NCBI RefSeq assembly: GCF_000497125.1
Contig: NC_090600.1
Span: forward strand, 1,075,197-1,139,196
Direction of reading: 5' to 3'
Source of the DNA: Spironucleus salmonicida
Lineage: Eukaryota
Length of the DNA stretch: 64,000 bases
Shown here: positions 1 to 13,450 of the stretch, one piece after another
Position numbering within the stretch: position 1 is the stretch's first letter
How the letters are laid out: every line of letters starts with the position of its first letter
Notes under the pieces: generated by a model
Told to the model about the DNA's origin: nothing
Databases searched by the model: none
The model's input: only the letters and a program-made list of their open reading frames with translations
Position numbers and translations under genes: made by a program

Positions 1-632
1 AATACTTCTTTAAAGTGGATATCTTTAGTCTCTCTAGGTTTAGTATCTGGAATGAAGAATAAGGTTATAAATGCTAATGTAGGCCATATAAGAGAGGATG
101 CGAAAGTCATCCACCAACAATTATATGATGTTTCAAACATACGAATAAGATATAGAACTATTGTTGCCAGCAAAATACCTAAACAAACTTATACTTAGAA
201 CATAACTCCGAGTAGACCTCTTTGGTGTGTTTCTGCATGTTCACCAACAAGGACGACTATAGTATTTGCCATAACTTAAGATCCATAACCTGTTAAAATT
301 CGCATTACTAAAAGATAATATTCATTAACAGCAACACATCCTGCAGCATAAAATATAACGCAAATTGCAGATCCAACAAATGCAGTTTTCTTATATCCAA
401 TAACCTTAATCCAAATAGAAACTGTTAAAGAACCCAATAAGAATCCTACTACAAACCCGATCGAAAGAATGGATAAAAATTTCTAAATTAAGTCGTTATT
501 TGATTCAAATGTACCACCGTATACAGCTTGATAATATAGTGTCATAATATCAGTTGAGAAATTTCCAATAGTGAATCCTACTGTTTATCCAGCCCATGTT
601 TAAAGCATGAACAGTAACCCAAAAGCTACCAT
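1..632 (-). CDS. MFS sugar/hexose transporter-like protein (5' part; runs off window edge)
   Basis: Table-6 translation from ATG 632: MVAFGLLFMLQTWAGQTVGFTIG...GFVVGFLLGSLTVSIWIKVIGYKKT...MRILTGYGSQ...VLVGEHAETHQRGLLGVMFQVQVCLGILL...WWMTF...FFIPDT. Multiple TM helices and sugar-porter-like motifs (R-x-x-x-G-x-G, E...RG, PES/T-like). Confidence 0.85.
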
Positions 633-1670
633 TATGTGAAAATAAATGTAAACTATTAAATGTGTATAGAATATTGTAAAACAGTATTCAAATTTTTAAT
701 TTCTAAATACTATACAATAAAAAGTATCACATAAATATACTGTGGAAGAGATAATCTTTAATAAGTTTGTGTTTTACATAAAGTTTAATTTAATATAATA
801 AACTTTATTATTATAAATTATATAATTGTAGTGTGATATATTTCTATATTTACTCATTATTTTGTACTAAATTCACATTATATTAAAAAAAACATATAAT
901 ATAAATTAAAGTTTATCAAACTGTTTATAATTGCCGTCATTAAGATACTGATACATTACTAGGCAAATAATTTAAATATTATCCGAACTATAAATAATGT
1001 ATAAAATATATATTATAGTTATTAAAATATATGTACCTTTATTTAAATCTACTTAGTATATTATTATTTATCTAGTGGAGTAATAAGTTAAATTTAGCTC
1101 AATAATAATTGTTATTTTATTACTAGCATAACAAAAAATCTGCTATAGTTTAAATATGTATTAACAGTATCTATAATTATAAGATGAAATTAAAGGGAAT
1201 CAACATGTTTACTGAGTACACTGAAATTTTACACCCTACAATTTTATACTAGAAATTTTATATACAAAAATATGGGATATTTAATTTAATACTAGTTAAC
1301 TGTGTAAAATTGTTGATTTCAGAACCATAGATATATTATTAAGACAAGTGTTACTTTATAAACTAGTCGTCTGTGACGTTAAATATATTGTAAAGAATAT
1401 CTGAAGTTCAGGATTATTGAATTTTTCTGAATTTATTTTGTATAAACGAGTTTATCTTAATAATTATAAGTCGTAAACTATAAATTATGATTTTTCGTAA
1501 ATAGATCTGCTTTAAAAGAATATTAAATATCAGACCTTACTAAAATTTAAGTAAAATTATTAACACTTCTATCTCCATAGTTTTAATTTTTTTCTTGCAT
1601 TTTTACCAATCAAAACAAATCGAAAATAGTATACATCACTTTATTATAAACTAATTTAGCAATTGAATGA

Positions 1671-3529
1671 TCAAATTACTTATCGATATTTAAGATACAG
1701 GGATAAGCTACCAACTACCATCACAGCTCCTATAGTACCAGCTTTCGTCTTCTGTTCCCTTATTCTCTCGGTAAAATCGTCTGAATCGCCTTTGTTCACT
1801 CATCTTGGAGTGTGACTCTTCTGAATATCTCACATAGTTGTTAGAGGTACTGTTCCGAGACCATAAATGTGCACACCGCATTTCACTTTAGATGCGTCGC
1901 ATATGGCTCAGTTTCAAGCGATAAAGCATCTGTATATGGAGGCAATCATTATGGTGTTATATACCTTAAATGCTTACTGTCCAGCTTTTTCCTCGCGGGC
2001 GCTCAATTTGGAAAGCACAGAGAGTAGCATGGCTTCTTGATGTTGTATAAATACCCCAGATTACAGGGGATTCAGTGTTATTGTAGTAAACTCGTGCACC
2101 CTGCATTGTTTCCTTCATCGGAATATGACCTCCAGACACTAGGAACCTAACCAATTTTGGAACTCAAGAAACCACAGATTCAGCGAAATCGGTGGCGAAG
2201 CCCCAACTAACACAGGCGCTGAAGCAAATTATAGTTTTCCGGATCATTTTCTATTAGACCAGCATTTTACATACTCTACGAGGTACCAACCCTCATATTC
2301 GCTACATTTCCCTAACTGCATTTTCTGTGTGGTAAGTATTTATTGCACTCATTTTCCGCTACTCTGCAAGACACACAATCAACCACGCCCTGAATTTACA
2401 TTCAAATGCTAGGCATTCTACAAGAGCTTTGAATCGCTGTCTTCACAGTAATTATCAGCTTTAATACTTTAACATTTTTGGTACATTAACAGAGATAGTA
2501 GTATTTTATCATATTCATAACATGCTGTGTAAATACTAGCAGATATACGATCTGCACACTAGTTTGTGCGCAATTTACTTCTGCTTGTTACTGTCTAACA
2601 GGAGTCTCACATGATGCTCCCCACTTATCGTTGGACTTGAAATCACAGACATACAAGTTGGTTTTGGTATTTACTGGATATTCATCCTCACATTTATTGT
2701 ATTACCCTTTATCACTACAAGGTTCACACTCGCCAACACAGCATTCACAAAAGGTGACAGTACCTAAAATCGTGTGTTTTATACACTTGGCGCATTCACC
2801 ACCGGCGCATTAATACTAAGCTGATATGTGAGTGTGATCTTCACAATACCAACCGCTATAGAAGGCTATATTTTCAGAGCAAGGCAAAAGCCTACCTGAA
2901 ACCTGCTGGTGCATTAACAGTAATACCTAATGTTGTATAGTAAAACCTCTGCTGAGCAGACACTGCCTTCTGCCATTCACACTTTGGGGATCTGGTAATT
3001 CCTACTGATTAAGTATTTTTTTTCATATTAGTAATTTTGCAACTAAACCTGCGAGATATCCATGATACTGGAGTATACCACGTGTGGGTATTTTTAGTTT
3101 TTGCGATGATACTAATTTGTGCGGAGCATCCCAATTGTTTAATACACCACTCTGTCTCAAAAGCACTTTCTTTCTATTCTGTCGGCACCCAGTTTCTTCG
3201 TTTTATTTTAGGTGAAACTGGGTAGGATGCTCGCAAGAGTTTTCTGTTTCGTATGCCTGGCTAAATCGACGCCAACACTGGGTCCGGAAACTGCATTCAG
3301 GCTGGTGCATCACGTTAGGAGCCTTTAGAGACTGATAGATGCATCCTTTACAAATCGCGTTAGGGATTCTGAGCAAAGCGGCTATGAACTTCGCGGACGT
3401 TAAGGCATCAGATAGATCTCGGAGATGACATGAGCAGAAAGAAAGTAACATCTAGTATGGATCAGTAGGAGGACAAATCACCCATAGCAAATCATTCTTA
3501 ATACCAAACATAATTAAATCGAATTTCAT
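1671..3529 (-). pseudogene. Decayed cysteine-rich membrane protein (CRMP-like) gene, left copy
   Basis: CxxC-rich segments (e.g. CAGGECAKC...CECCVGECEPCSDKG) spread over several frames with in-frame TGA. Ends in a hydrophobic remnant KAGTIGAVMVVGSLSLYL. Boundaries approximate. Confidence 0.65.
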
Positions 3530-5101
3530 GTATTAGCTGATGGGTATTTATCAGAATATTAGCTAATATAAGAGCAGGAGACTCAAGTTGGCAGATTATA
3601 ATTATTTTCTTTAAACATATATTATATCGTCCACTACGTTGATCTATATGTATTTGCCTTTTCTTTATCGAGATACTAACTCTTATTTATTTACATATAT
3701 TTGCTTCTAATATCATATTACAAAAATAAACCATATCAGCATACAAATATACAAAATAACAATTTTTCTGCATCGCATTGATTATCAAATTAACTTTGAC
3801 TTATTAAAATATAATAAGTGGAATGGGATTTGAAATAAAATTAATGGACACAACTTCCACAATCTACTCAAACCACCAACTCTATATTTTATCACTACTC
3901 ATATCTTATTTAACATTTATACTATAAGCAGGAGAAAACACAATACAGTCCCTGGTTATTCTAATAAACTAAACAAAACACAAGAAACTGTGTAAAACTA
4001 TATCTTAAATATGTAATTAAATCGAAAAAATTATATCTTCAGAATTTGCTTGAAACCTATAAAGTTGAATAGATACATTTTATTCTTAGCGAAAAAATTC
4101 CCAGTATGCAAACTTATGGTGGTCATCTAAATTAAAATTTATCCCATACATTATAAAATGGAGAGGAAATAATTGTGGTCTGCTGTTTAGACAAGGATTT
4201 CTTAGTTGCTAATCTTGAAATTTAAATTTAAGATCATTTATGGAAAGGCATGAATTGACATAGGCTTGTGTGATAATAAATTATAGAAAATTAAATTATA
4301 AGATTTAGACTACCTTAGGTTGTTTATGTACATTTTCTGAAGTTATAGTCGCAGTGTTGAGTTAATGCATTTCGGATTTTGGTACTTTATTTTACATTAA
4401 TATGTAATAACTATATGATATATAATGCGAAAGAATGAGTGCCTCGATAATGTATATTATGATTGTAGGGATATTCTGTTGTTGTATGGCATAAATGTAG
4501 AATTTGAAGTATGAGTATATACTTAATTCCAGCTTTATGGTAATATTTAAGCAGAGTTCAGTATCAGTGATATTTTGATATACTAGCTCACCTGAGAAGT
4601 AAACACTTTACATTTACTAAAAATTTATAATCGCCAAGCGTGCAGGCAAGAGTACTGCTGGAAATTATGAGCGTATTTTCATGAAATTTGTAGTTTTCGA
4701 TGGTTCAGGATATTGATCTGATAGCTGATTGAAAGTCTTATGATACAAGGAAGCTAGCAGTTAAATTATTATAAGTTCCTAGAACTGGTAACTGAAAGCT
4801 AAATTTGGTATTGCTGACGTAGTTCGAAGAGTATACCATTGTTGAGTAAAAGAGAACAGGGTAGTGCGTCTGTGAATGACACGGCAGGATTGGTAGTATT
4901 TTATACTATAATTCAGTTTGTATTGGAGGCTATTTAGCACGCTAATCTGCTCAACAGGACCACCCCCGAGTACTTTGTCTGTAGGTATTATTTCATAATA
5001 AATATAGTATTATATACAATACTACCAGTTTATATGCTATATAGCTGAAATTGCAATTCATTGTACTTTACCATATTTAAGGGCATGGGGTTTCACTCTA
5101 A

Positions 5102-8100
5102 ATGTAAAAACTGTTATCTATAGATTTCATAGTACACTAATATACCATTTTTAATGGAAAAATAAAGGTGGATGGTAAGAAATAAAAGATACTCACATTT
5201 ACCATAGAAGGCAGCGAGATCAGATAGTCTAGGTAGTTGGATGTAAGTTCCATGTACCTATTCAAAACCACTATTACTACCACGGAGCAGCTATGCGCGG
5301 TCTAGGTCGTTCTACTCTACAAGAAGCTGGGGAAAATTGCTTAGAATGTGCGATTTTAGATATCATAGTTTGAAGATATAATTAAATTCCGATATTCAAA
5401 TTTTTGGGACAATATCGGCCTTGTCGCAGCCCAAATGGGCCTAGATGTACTATCTGTATAATCGGCCTGTGAATCTTATTGTACTTAATTTGCCAAGAGC
5501 ATTGAAAATCATGATTTGTAATACTTTTCGCTTTACAATAGCTTTGACACAAAAAAAATTCTCTAGCCTAAAAATATATCGTATTTTAGCTTCCATGAGA
5601 ACCAAGTTCTGTTGTAACTAGCAGCAATAAAGTATTAAAAGGAAGGAAACTATCCTCTAATTCTGCCATTAATTCTTGGTTACTCGGCATTCAGGTTGTA
5701 TGAGACTTAATTTAACACGAAATATAAAGAAAATGATTAGTAGATGGAAAATTTAAAACTACTTAAAGATACATTTGAGGAATCGAATAAGATTTACTCT
5801 GACGCGCAATTACTAAAAAACGGAACTATAGAACTCAATACGTTTCCAATTATCAACCTGTTCGAGCTTCCTATCCACTTTAATGAGACTAGCATTTGCT
5901 TATTAATGTTCTAGCAGCTCTGCCACGTATCCTACCTGTTCAAGGCAGAGTATTTCGCAATATTCTCCTTGATTGAAAATAAATTAGGCGATACTATTAC
6001 TAATGCTGTTATAAGCCAGAGTTCCAGATCTGGCAAAAGTGTCGCCTTGTACACGCAGTACTTTTTCCACCTGCTGATAGGAAATATTCCAATATTGTTT
6101 AATAAGGAAGGATCTGAGGATCAGCCACTGTACTAATATAAATCTGGGTCATTCCACTCGTAGCTGGAGAGATAATACTAGAATACACTCGAACTGCAAG
6201 ATTTCGAAAACTTAAGAGAAACCGTATTATATGATGTCTGCATCTTCCATGCCTTTCAACTGGAAAGTTTGAATCATCTAGAGTTTCTTTATCGCAAGAT
6301 GCATATTTTTATTGAAAATTTATAAAGTAGCACCAGAACAATTAATGGGGTTGGTGGACTCGATCTCATAAAGAATTTGAGATTTGATAGCTCGATAAAA
6401 CAACAGTTCAATTTGTTAAAATAGTATTCATTTTTTATCTATGAGGGTGATGTTGACACCAGCGGTATAATGGATGCGTAAGTGTTGTAATATAGTTTAA
6501 AACGTATGAATAATTAACGGCCTATGATGCTAGTTGACGAGTGCCTAGACTCATAAAAGTAAAATTACCAAAAATGTATAGCACTTTGCGAGGTTATTTT
6601 TGGAGAATCCCTATAGAGGTTTGTGCCACTGGGCAGATAGCAGTACGGAACTGTACTCAATATTCTAAAAAATGAGCAATTTGAATCGTTTTCCAATGAG
6701 TATATAGCTAGATACAATACTAAACATATTTTCGCCTGCCGTGTTCTTTCGCAGCTTCTGCACCCTGACTTGCTCTCAGTACTAAAAATGGAGCTAGACG
6801 AAATCAGTGCCTCAGAATAGCATCGGAGCTTGAACCTAGATTGCTACCATAAACTACAAATTATTATGACAAATATATTATCTTTAAGAAATAATAAATA
6901 AGTTGCAGAACCAGAAATAAACAAGCAGATATGTGAGAACTGGCATCTATTAACAATATATTTCAGCCTTCTCGAAGCAATACTGACTGATGTGGAGTAT
7001 ATTATTATGGCAACAGAGTATCTGCGGCTCTAGACTGAGGAATACGACATCCTGGATGAGCTTATAGTCTACTCACCGCAAATACTGAATGTTAGAAGCA
7101 GGAAAAAGTTTAAAAACAAATTTTTCTTAGGGTTACCGAAAAATTGCTTAAGCTAACAAAAATACAAAGAAGAGTTCGATTTGTACTTTTTTAGGTTCAT
7201 AGTTTCTTTGTTCGACCCGAGGGCGGTGGAGACTCTCTTCTGGAAGACGTTTTAGTTTATTAGTTTTGAACACATATATATAGAATAAAAGTCGGAGCTT
7301 AGGAGAGATTCTAAATATTGGTATTAAGTTGTTGCAAAATTTTGGATATATTCCGTAAATGACTAATTTGCATCTTATTTTAATTTCAAAACTCTCCCCA
7401 TCCGGTTTGAAGATTAACTACAGTCAATAATTACTAAAAGTAGCAGACAGTTGGAAAATCTAATTCACACTACGCATGCTAAAGTGCATGAGAGCTATCA
7501 CGCCTGTACATTTTCAGTTATAATAGTAGGGCCAGATATAGATATAATAAATGAGTCATCAATTGACAAGTTTAGTTATGAAACTTGTGAACGAGACTAT
7601 TCTTATCATTATGCTGCTAGCATTATTGGTTACGTCTAGCCGCACCCATCTCTGGTGCACAGTGCCCAATACGACAAGCGCAGCATGTTGGCCAACCAGG
7701 ATGATATGGGTGGAATACTGGATGGCATCCCCAAAACACTAAAAAGTTATTTAGACAGCTCTTCTAGTCTAGTCGAATTATTAAATTCTATGTTAGGCGA
7801 GAGTTCTGCTAGAATGCAGCTAATATGCCCTTTCATCTGCCATTAACTATGGTATGTGGATACAAAGTATTAACCTCAAGCTTGTAATTTTAACGCGGTT
7901 GAGAAGCATACGATTTAGGTCAACGGCAATAAAAGTATAGTCTACTAGTTCAGCAGTCTTACCAAAATAGTAAATTATATTGATATTAGTACAATCTGCA
8001 ATCGGGACAGTGGATTTAAAATTAACAGCTAAAGCTAAAATATTAATTTGCAAGAAAATGATCGTCGTTACAACTTGAGATGCATTGCTTCAGCTACCCT

Positions 8101-10204
8101 GAACTAAGAGGTGGTTGCAGTTCTGAGTTATTCTCTGATGTGTTAATTTATCCAAACGTATTCCATGGTTCAGCTTACAGCGATGGATGCATAACGAGAG
8201 TTCTGCAGCTTGTCCAGGTTATTCAAGCGGAGCATCCTAATAAATCATCTCAATATCATCTTGTTCATGATGATCATGACACAACAACCAGAGATGGCGA
8301 TTAAGAATACCTAACTGGTTATCCAGCAAGGGGAGAGCGGGGACATAGGATACTAGTACTTATATAAAGGCAGTATTATTACTAAGAATAGCGTGGAACT
8401 GATGAGATCCATACATCTCATACCAGGAAAACACGAGGTTATGGTCTTGGCTCCCACCTTCGACTTTGCGTTCCACGATTAGAATAATTGGAGGAAAAGA
8501 TTTACCCAGGCGGAGATATGGAACCAGGTGCTGAAAGATTCAATTGAATCTGCTGCGGAAGCTTTCGATATCCTGAAGGGGTAGAAAATCGTCACTGAAA
8601 GATTGATCATCGCAATCTGCTTCAATAAGAGCATGAGCCTATCACCGATATTAGAAGCATCGGAAATGCCATTCGACTTCATGCTCACCTTCCACGGCTA
8701 CAGTGGCCTGCGACTAGAGAATCTGCACGGCTATCAGATTTTGCCGGTATAGTGTGGCCACCACATCAAGGAAGTGATAGAGAAGATGGCAGCTCCGTTT
8801 GGACTAAGGAATGTGGTCCAGATAGGCCAGGATTAACATGAGGCATTGCCGCTAGTTAGGATGGAAAACTTAGCGGATACGATAGTTACGCAGCAGCAGA
8901 CGGAGGAGAGGGACGCCTACACGGAAGAGCAGAAAAATATTGGCGATAATTAAATAACTTCATATATTTATTAAATATAGAACTTATGTGACGACTTTCA
9001 GCGAAATATAAAAGCACTGCAGAGAGATCACAGATTATTCAAAGTCATAAGGCACGACCGTTAGCACTATATCTAGTTTATAACAAAAGCAAATGATAAA
9101 GACACAGTAATAGCGGATTTACGAAACATTAAGATTACGCTGATTCCTGACCAAGTCCCACTCTACGACTTTGCGGCACTATGTAATTCACCCAGCTGCA
9201 AAACTCAATTAAATTTTAAATATTCACGAGAGAATAAACATTTGGACGAAGTAATCCTGGACCTTGTACTAGTTCCGAAGTTTTCTCAGCTGAATGCCAA
9301 GCTGTGTGAATTGGAACATATGGTTAAATTTATAGAGTTACATGATACTAAGATTTTGATTATATTCCTTTAAAATATAAAATTATTATAACTGCTTCAC
9401 ATTCTCGAATTGTAGCTAGTATCGGTGTATAACAAAGTTTACGATTCCGCATTAACTGTTATTGTCCAGTAGACGGAAAATATAGATTCAATGATAATAA
9501 TAGAATTTAATGAAAATAAAACTTATTTCTATACTTATCGGAAAAGGCTATATGAGTCCAACTAAATAAATATGAGATTGCTCCAGATTGATATCGCGTA
9601 TTAGGCTGAGTTATCAGATAAGAAGATATATCCACCAATTACTGAGGATTCTAAAAAGCTCAACCTTAGTGTGCTGTACCTTAATCAGAAGATACAAATT
9701 TTGACTAGTTACAAGAGTTTGGTTTCAGAAATTTAAAACTATTAGAGTGTCATCTACAAAATTGAGAATGGCGTTATTCATCTGACGAATGAGAATGAGT
9801 ACATAGGATACATTGTTGATGCTAATAGGAAAATATTAACATTCATGGAGGAATATGAAATAGAATATGGTTACCTAATAATAAATCTCATCAAATGTGG
9901 TAAAGTTACTCTTGATAACAAGTTTTTGTTTGGATAATCGTTTGAGGTGTAATTTAGTATTATTCGTGGATTGTTTTAAAAAATAAATGACAGCTCAAAT
10001 GAATCATATTAGTGCTAGGTGGAGGTGCACGGTTAACTATTCACTGATGAATAGAGAAGTTATATTAAAGGCAAGTAGCTTGCGATAAGATAATATCCTT
10101 TAGGGGTAACTATAAATAATCTGTTTAGTCAAACCAAAGTGGTAGCGACAGGCATTAGACATGAAGAAAATAGAGATATACTGCAATTGGTAGCCATTGA
10201 GTGA
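5102..10204 (+). CDS. ~1700-aa hypothetical protein with putative P-loop NTPase motifs
   Basis: No in-frame TGA from 4880 to 10202 under table 6. First ATG is 5102 (alternatives 5252, 5435, 5744). Ends GAG-TGA (AGTGA). Walker-A-like NAVISQSSRSGKS (GKS at 6032-6040) and Walker-B-like PMMLVDE (6521-6541). Track ORFs at 7451 and 7655 are pieces of this frame. Confidence 0.8.
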
Positions 10205-12799
10205 TCTACCATTATTTTGTAATTTTCGCATCGAATAGGTATCAGTAGTCATATTTCACAAACTTATGAATTATTCATTCTTTCAAAAATCGGAAGAGAA
10301 TGTTTATGTATTTGACGTGTATTAGCAATATATCATTATTGTTTATATTCTAAAATACCCACTACAGGTTGCTACTCCCAAATAATCTGCAGTTAAGTAG
10401 CAACTAGTTATTAACATATTTAATGGAATATAAGTTACTTACGAACACGAAATCGCACTGCGCGACCAGTCCAGCAAATTTGCAGTTTTGTTGACTCCAG
10501 AGAAGCAATTTCTAAATCCTGCTTCCAACACATAAATTGAGCGCATTATTTCTTCTGGCACTCCGCTTCTCTGCCTTTATTAAACTCAACTAGTATAAAA
10601 TAACTTACTTAAAGCGAGGAAAAATATACTTTTGATAATTTTGCAGCTCTAATATTTTACAGCAAGCATCACTTTCTAGGCTCACGTAAACTTGAATACT
10701 AAATGCATTTTTATACTTCGGCAAATGCTGGTGCAGCAAACGTGTCTATAAGGCATTCGGAAAAACGGTAGCGAGCCTTTATAAATGGTAGGACTTAGGG
10801 GAAATCACAAAATCAACTGAAATATGGAAAGTGAGGATTTTATAGTGGTATAGTAAAACGTATGCTAGGAAGAGTTTCTATGGGGAGTTTCAGAAATCTG
10901 GAACTGAGAAGCATTCTGTCAAATGGCGTGATTCAATTATGTGTTGTAAATGTTTTCCGAGAGCTAGAACAGTGAGGCATATTCTACCATATACTGCATT
11001 AGAGATTGTGCAATTTATTACGGAAAAGAAACATTACACTGTGGACTACTCAGATAATAGAGTTGGTAATTCATTTGTATGAGTATACAAATTATTGGTA
11101 ATTCTGCTATGTTGTATTTAAATAATATAGAACTTAGGGAATTGGGTAGAGTTTGAATTATGCATTATCTAAAATAATGGAATTTGAAAGCTGCTAATTT
11201 CTATATTCACTAATTTAATTTGTCAACGGGTTAAAGATTAACTTCTAGATGCACTAGATCCTGTATTTGTCGGATTTAATGAAAATTCAAAATTTTAAAA
11301 AGCTGCCTAGATGCCTTTTATTCAGAAATATCTGTCTTTACTTAAGACATTCGTCAGACACTATCGATAAGGCAATTGTTTTGCAGCCAATGCTGGAATT
11401 CTTAAGTGGTGAGGAGAACATTAAATTTTAAACTAGTTTATATTAATAGTAGACTCTTTATAATTAATCACCGATGAAAGACTTGATTGGGTTAATAATT
11501 TAATGATTGAAAAATATAAGCCGTAGAGGACCTTGTTATTCGTAAATTAAGAGATATACGATGGATATGTTTTGGTAGGATTATTCATAAGATAGATAGA
11601 AACTAATATAAAAACAGCTGAGAATATCCGAAATTGCGTTGGAAAAATAAAAAGACACTGTTATATAAAAGCAAAGGCTAATATACAAGCTATATATCAA
11701 AAAATATTATTTTAAGATAAAAACAGGGTAACAGTTCCTAAACAGGTATAATATTGTATGCAAAAGGTTAAGAAAATAGACTTATTATATATTTATATTT
11801 GTTAACGAATAATAACTTTATATGAATAATAACGAATGATTATTAGTACACAATTATATTTATATTAAAAAATTATGAAAGGTAAAGACATTACAACGTA
11901 CCGCCGCTAAAGTAAATATAAATAATGTAGTACAAGAAGGCTGTGATAATAATTACTTATAAACTGCATTATTGGATATAGCTTTCAAATTTAATTCTCT
12001 AAATAATTATATCAATACAAAACAAATAGTATCAGACTATTGTAATTATGCATAAAGTACATACTTAGTTTATATTGAAATAGAATAGTTGACTGTAGGT
12101 CACTAACTTATCAACTACGGGATAATATTCTTCCAATAATTTTATTAAACTTAAACTACTGATAATTCAGGTTCTATCAATGTATATTCCAAAATAATAG
12201 TGTTAATTAACTATAACTAAATATTACCAATAAAGACTTATTATATACTCAAATTTTAATAAGATACATTTTATATAATGACTTTCTTTGTGTATTCTTT
12301 TATCTCATCTTGCTATAGGAATTCCTCGTCTTACTTTTGCATGTTATGATATTCAAGTTATTATTTATCAAAAAAGTAGACTCAGAAGTAAATTTTTTAC
12401 AAATATTATTATTCTCTGCCAAATGATAGCCTTCAATGCTGATAATAAGTTTATACTTGTTCAGTTATTAGTACAGTATCGTTATCTTTAATAAATAACT
12501 GTACTAAATATCGAATCTATAATTTCTCTAAACAAGAATATTTATTACTAGATATTAGCTATTTTGCGGTGTTAGTTTCACGATTTGTTAATATGATAGT
12601 TAATTTTATCATGGTAATACTATGAGAATTATGTTGTTACAAATAAAACGCCTATTATAGTAAGATACTGATAATGAAACACAAAACCATAAAGCTAACT
12701 ATAAAATAATTATATAGTTAATAGATAATCATGTACAGTAAGCTACAATACTGTTTCATTTGATATATAACCAAATATTTATCTACGAAACTTTGTATA

Positions 12800-13450
12800 A
12801 AGTAGAAACCCAGCACCTCAGCATACAACACCTAGCCTCGTGAAAGTTCATTCTTGTATCTCTTGGTTTAAGATATTGCTAGGGAGTAAAGTACATTGTT
12901 TCATTGAAAATACAAATAATTACACCAATAATAACAATTAACAAGTTCCATAAGTCTAGCCAGTGTTAATATCAGCTATTAATCTAGCTACCACGCATTC
13001 ATCAACTGATATGAAATTCAATTTTAGAATTTGCAAGTTTATATATACTGTACACCAAATTCAGCACCCACATGATATTTATACCACCAAAATAGCACTC
13101 TGAACGGTTTAGTTAGCACAATTGCGACTTCAGCAGAGCCTTATAACAGATCAGCTAGTAAGACTTACAGTACCATTCCCAGGCCCCATTGACCCAGAAA
13201 AGCATGCAGCAGCTTTCCTCTTAAAAGTTTATCTACCATTACATCAGATATAGGAATTCTTAAAATACCGCAATAAAACCCCAAATACTTTTACTTGAGC
13301 TGAGAATCAGTAACATCCCACAGAGACAGGCTTGTCACCAGCGCCCAAAAATATAAAATAACCACCCCGCACCACCTATTATATCACCTGCTACAAATTT
13401 CACGCTGCACCACACATTGCGCCCAGACACCGGCCCGAAAATCGAAACTT
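12800..13450 (-). pseudogene. Possible decayed Cys-rich/TM gene remnant (mirror at ~34866-35516, +)
   Basis: Remnant VKFVAGDIIGGAGWLFYI resembles the CRMP TM segment, with scattered Cys codons nearby and no long open frame. Boundaries approximate. Confidence 0.3.

Noticed and set aside
8080-8304. Alternative-frame ORF (SDVLIYPN...VLQLV), vaguely like a nuclease core
   Set aside because: Out of frame with the 1700-aa ORF in both copies, and the resemblance is too weak to call without a profile search.
10690-11760. Fragmentary coding-like sequence including CFPRAR, reminiscent of a MULE transposase FPxA motif
   Set aside because: No CxxH or DDE context; frames broken by TGA; no TIRs found.
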